A DNA stretch of 61,159 nucleotides, the filler included, from Candidatus Omnitrophota bacterium (GTDB lineage Bacteria; Omnitrophota; Gorgyraeia; JAGLLT01), in the NCBI GenBank assembly GCA_023140385.1. It is 4 parts of 4 records of this genome, joined end to end, with 100 filler letters (N's around TTAATTAATTAA, not from the genome) between each part and the next. Parts side by side here need not be neighbours in the genome. Positions count along the whole stretch, not along the records: positions 52,679 to 61,159 come from JAGLLT010000045.1; 3 more parts are not named here. One strand, 5' to 3'. The translations under genes and the position numbers were made by a program. Under the pieces are notes generated by a model. The model saw only the letters and a program-made list of their open reading frames with translations. It was not told the DNA's origin and searched no databases. Shown one piece after another: positions 61,021 through 61,159 of the stretch (position 1 is its first letter; each line of letters begins with the position of its first letter).

Positions 61021-61159
61021 TTCCGTCTCGAAAGATATCGTAAAATTCTCTTTCCCATGGAATACAAAGTATTCCCGGGACTGAATCCTGGGAATTTCAC
61101 AGTGTGAAATTCCAGAGGGCGACAATTTTACGACTCTCGACGGAATTAATTCCTGCCTA
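61021..61159 (+). repeat. Palindromic repeat copy G with branched insert (runs off the window end)
   Basis: TTCCGTC..TCGTAAAATT / AATTTTACGA..GACGGAA outer stem with two inner hairpins, then TTAATT-CCTGCCTA. Confidence 0.75.

Noticed and set aside
60231..61125. Short ORFs over the tRNA cluster, and 39330-39544 over the riboswitch
   Set aside because: They overlap clear structural RNAs

Overview
Bacterial draft-genome scaffold made of four contigs joined by artificial 100-nt N/TTAATTAATTAA linkers (5608-5707, 26008-26107, 52579-52678), so adjacency across those points is not evidence. Gene content indicates an LPS-producing diderm anaerobe, possibly PVC-group/Omnitrophota-like (inference). 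Contig 1: serA, a Re-citrate-synthase-like enzyme, a secreted TPR protein, purA, hppA (partial). Contig 2: five GT9 and one GT4 glycosyltransferases, hldA-kdsB-pyrG-kdsA-kdsD-kdsC-lptC/A fusion-lptB-hpf-ptsN-yvcK-ptsH-ptsI-pgi/pmi-NTP transferase-metK (partial). Contig 3 (minus strand): plsX-fabH-fabD-fabG-acpP-fabF directly followed by acyl-CoA dehydrogenase-etfB-etfA, smc, TraB/GumN, a RAYT-like HUH transposase, an FMN riboswitch with the rib operon, lpxL, tRNA-Pro, TlpA, an MNT-HEPN pair with a nonsense-mutated toxin, xerD, a tRNA nucleotidyltransferase, rbfA and nrnA. Contig 4: ftsH-folP-cdaA-cdaR-glmM-pdxJ-acpS-nnrD and tRNAs Thr-Tyr-Gly-Thr. The best candidates for new biology are: (i) a bifurcating-type Bcd/EtfAB module inside a FAS-II operon that shows no enoyl-ACP reductase; (ii) a modular, nested, covarying palindromic repeat family whose four complete copies end in CTCATTAA directly against a Shine-Dalgarno sequence; (iii) a RAYT gene bracketed by perfect 17-bp inverted repeats with promoter boxes identical to those of the rib operon; (iv) tandem NrdR-like boxes upstream of smc; and (v) 7-nt-periodic inverted arrays. 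All product calls come from motif recognition, not database searches.
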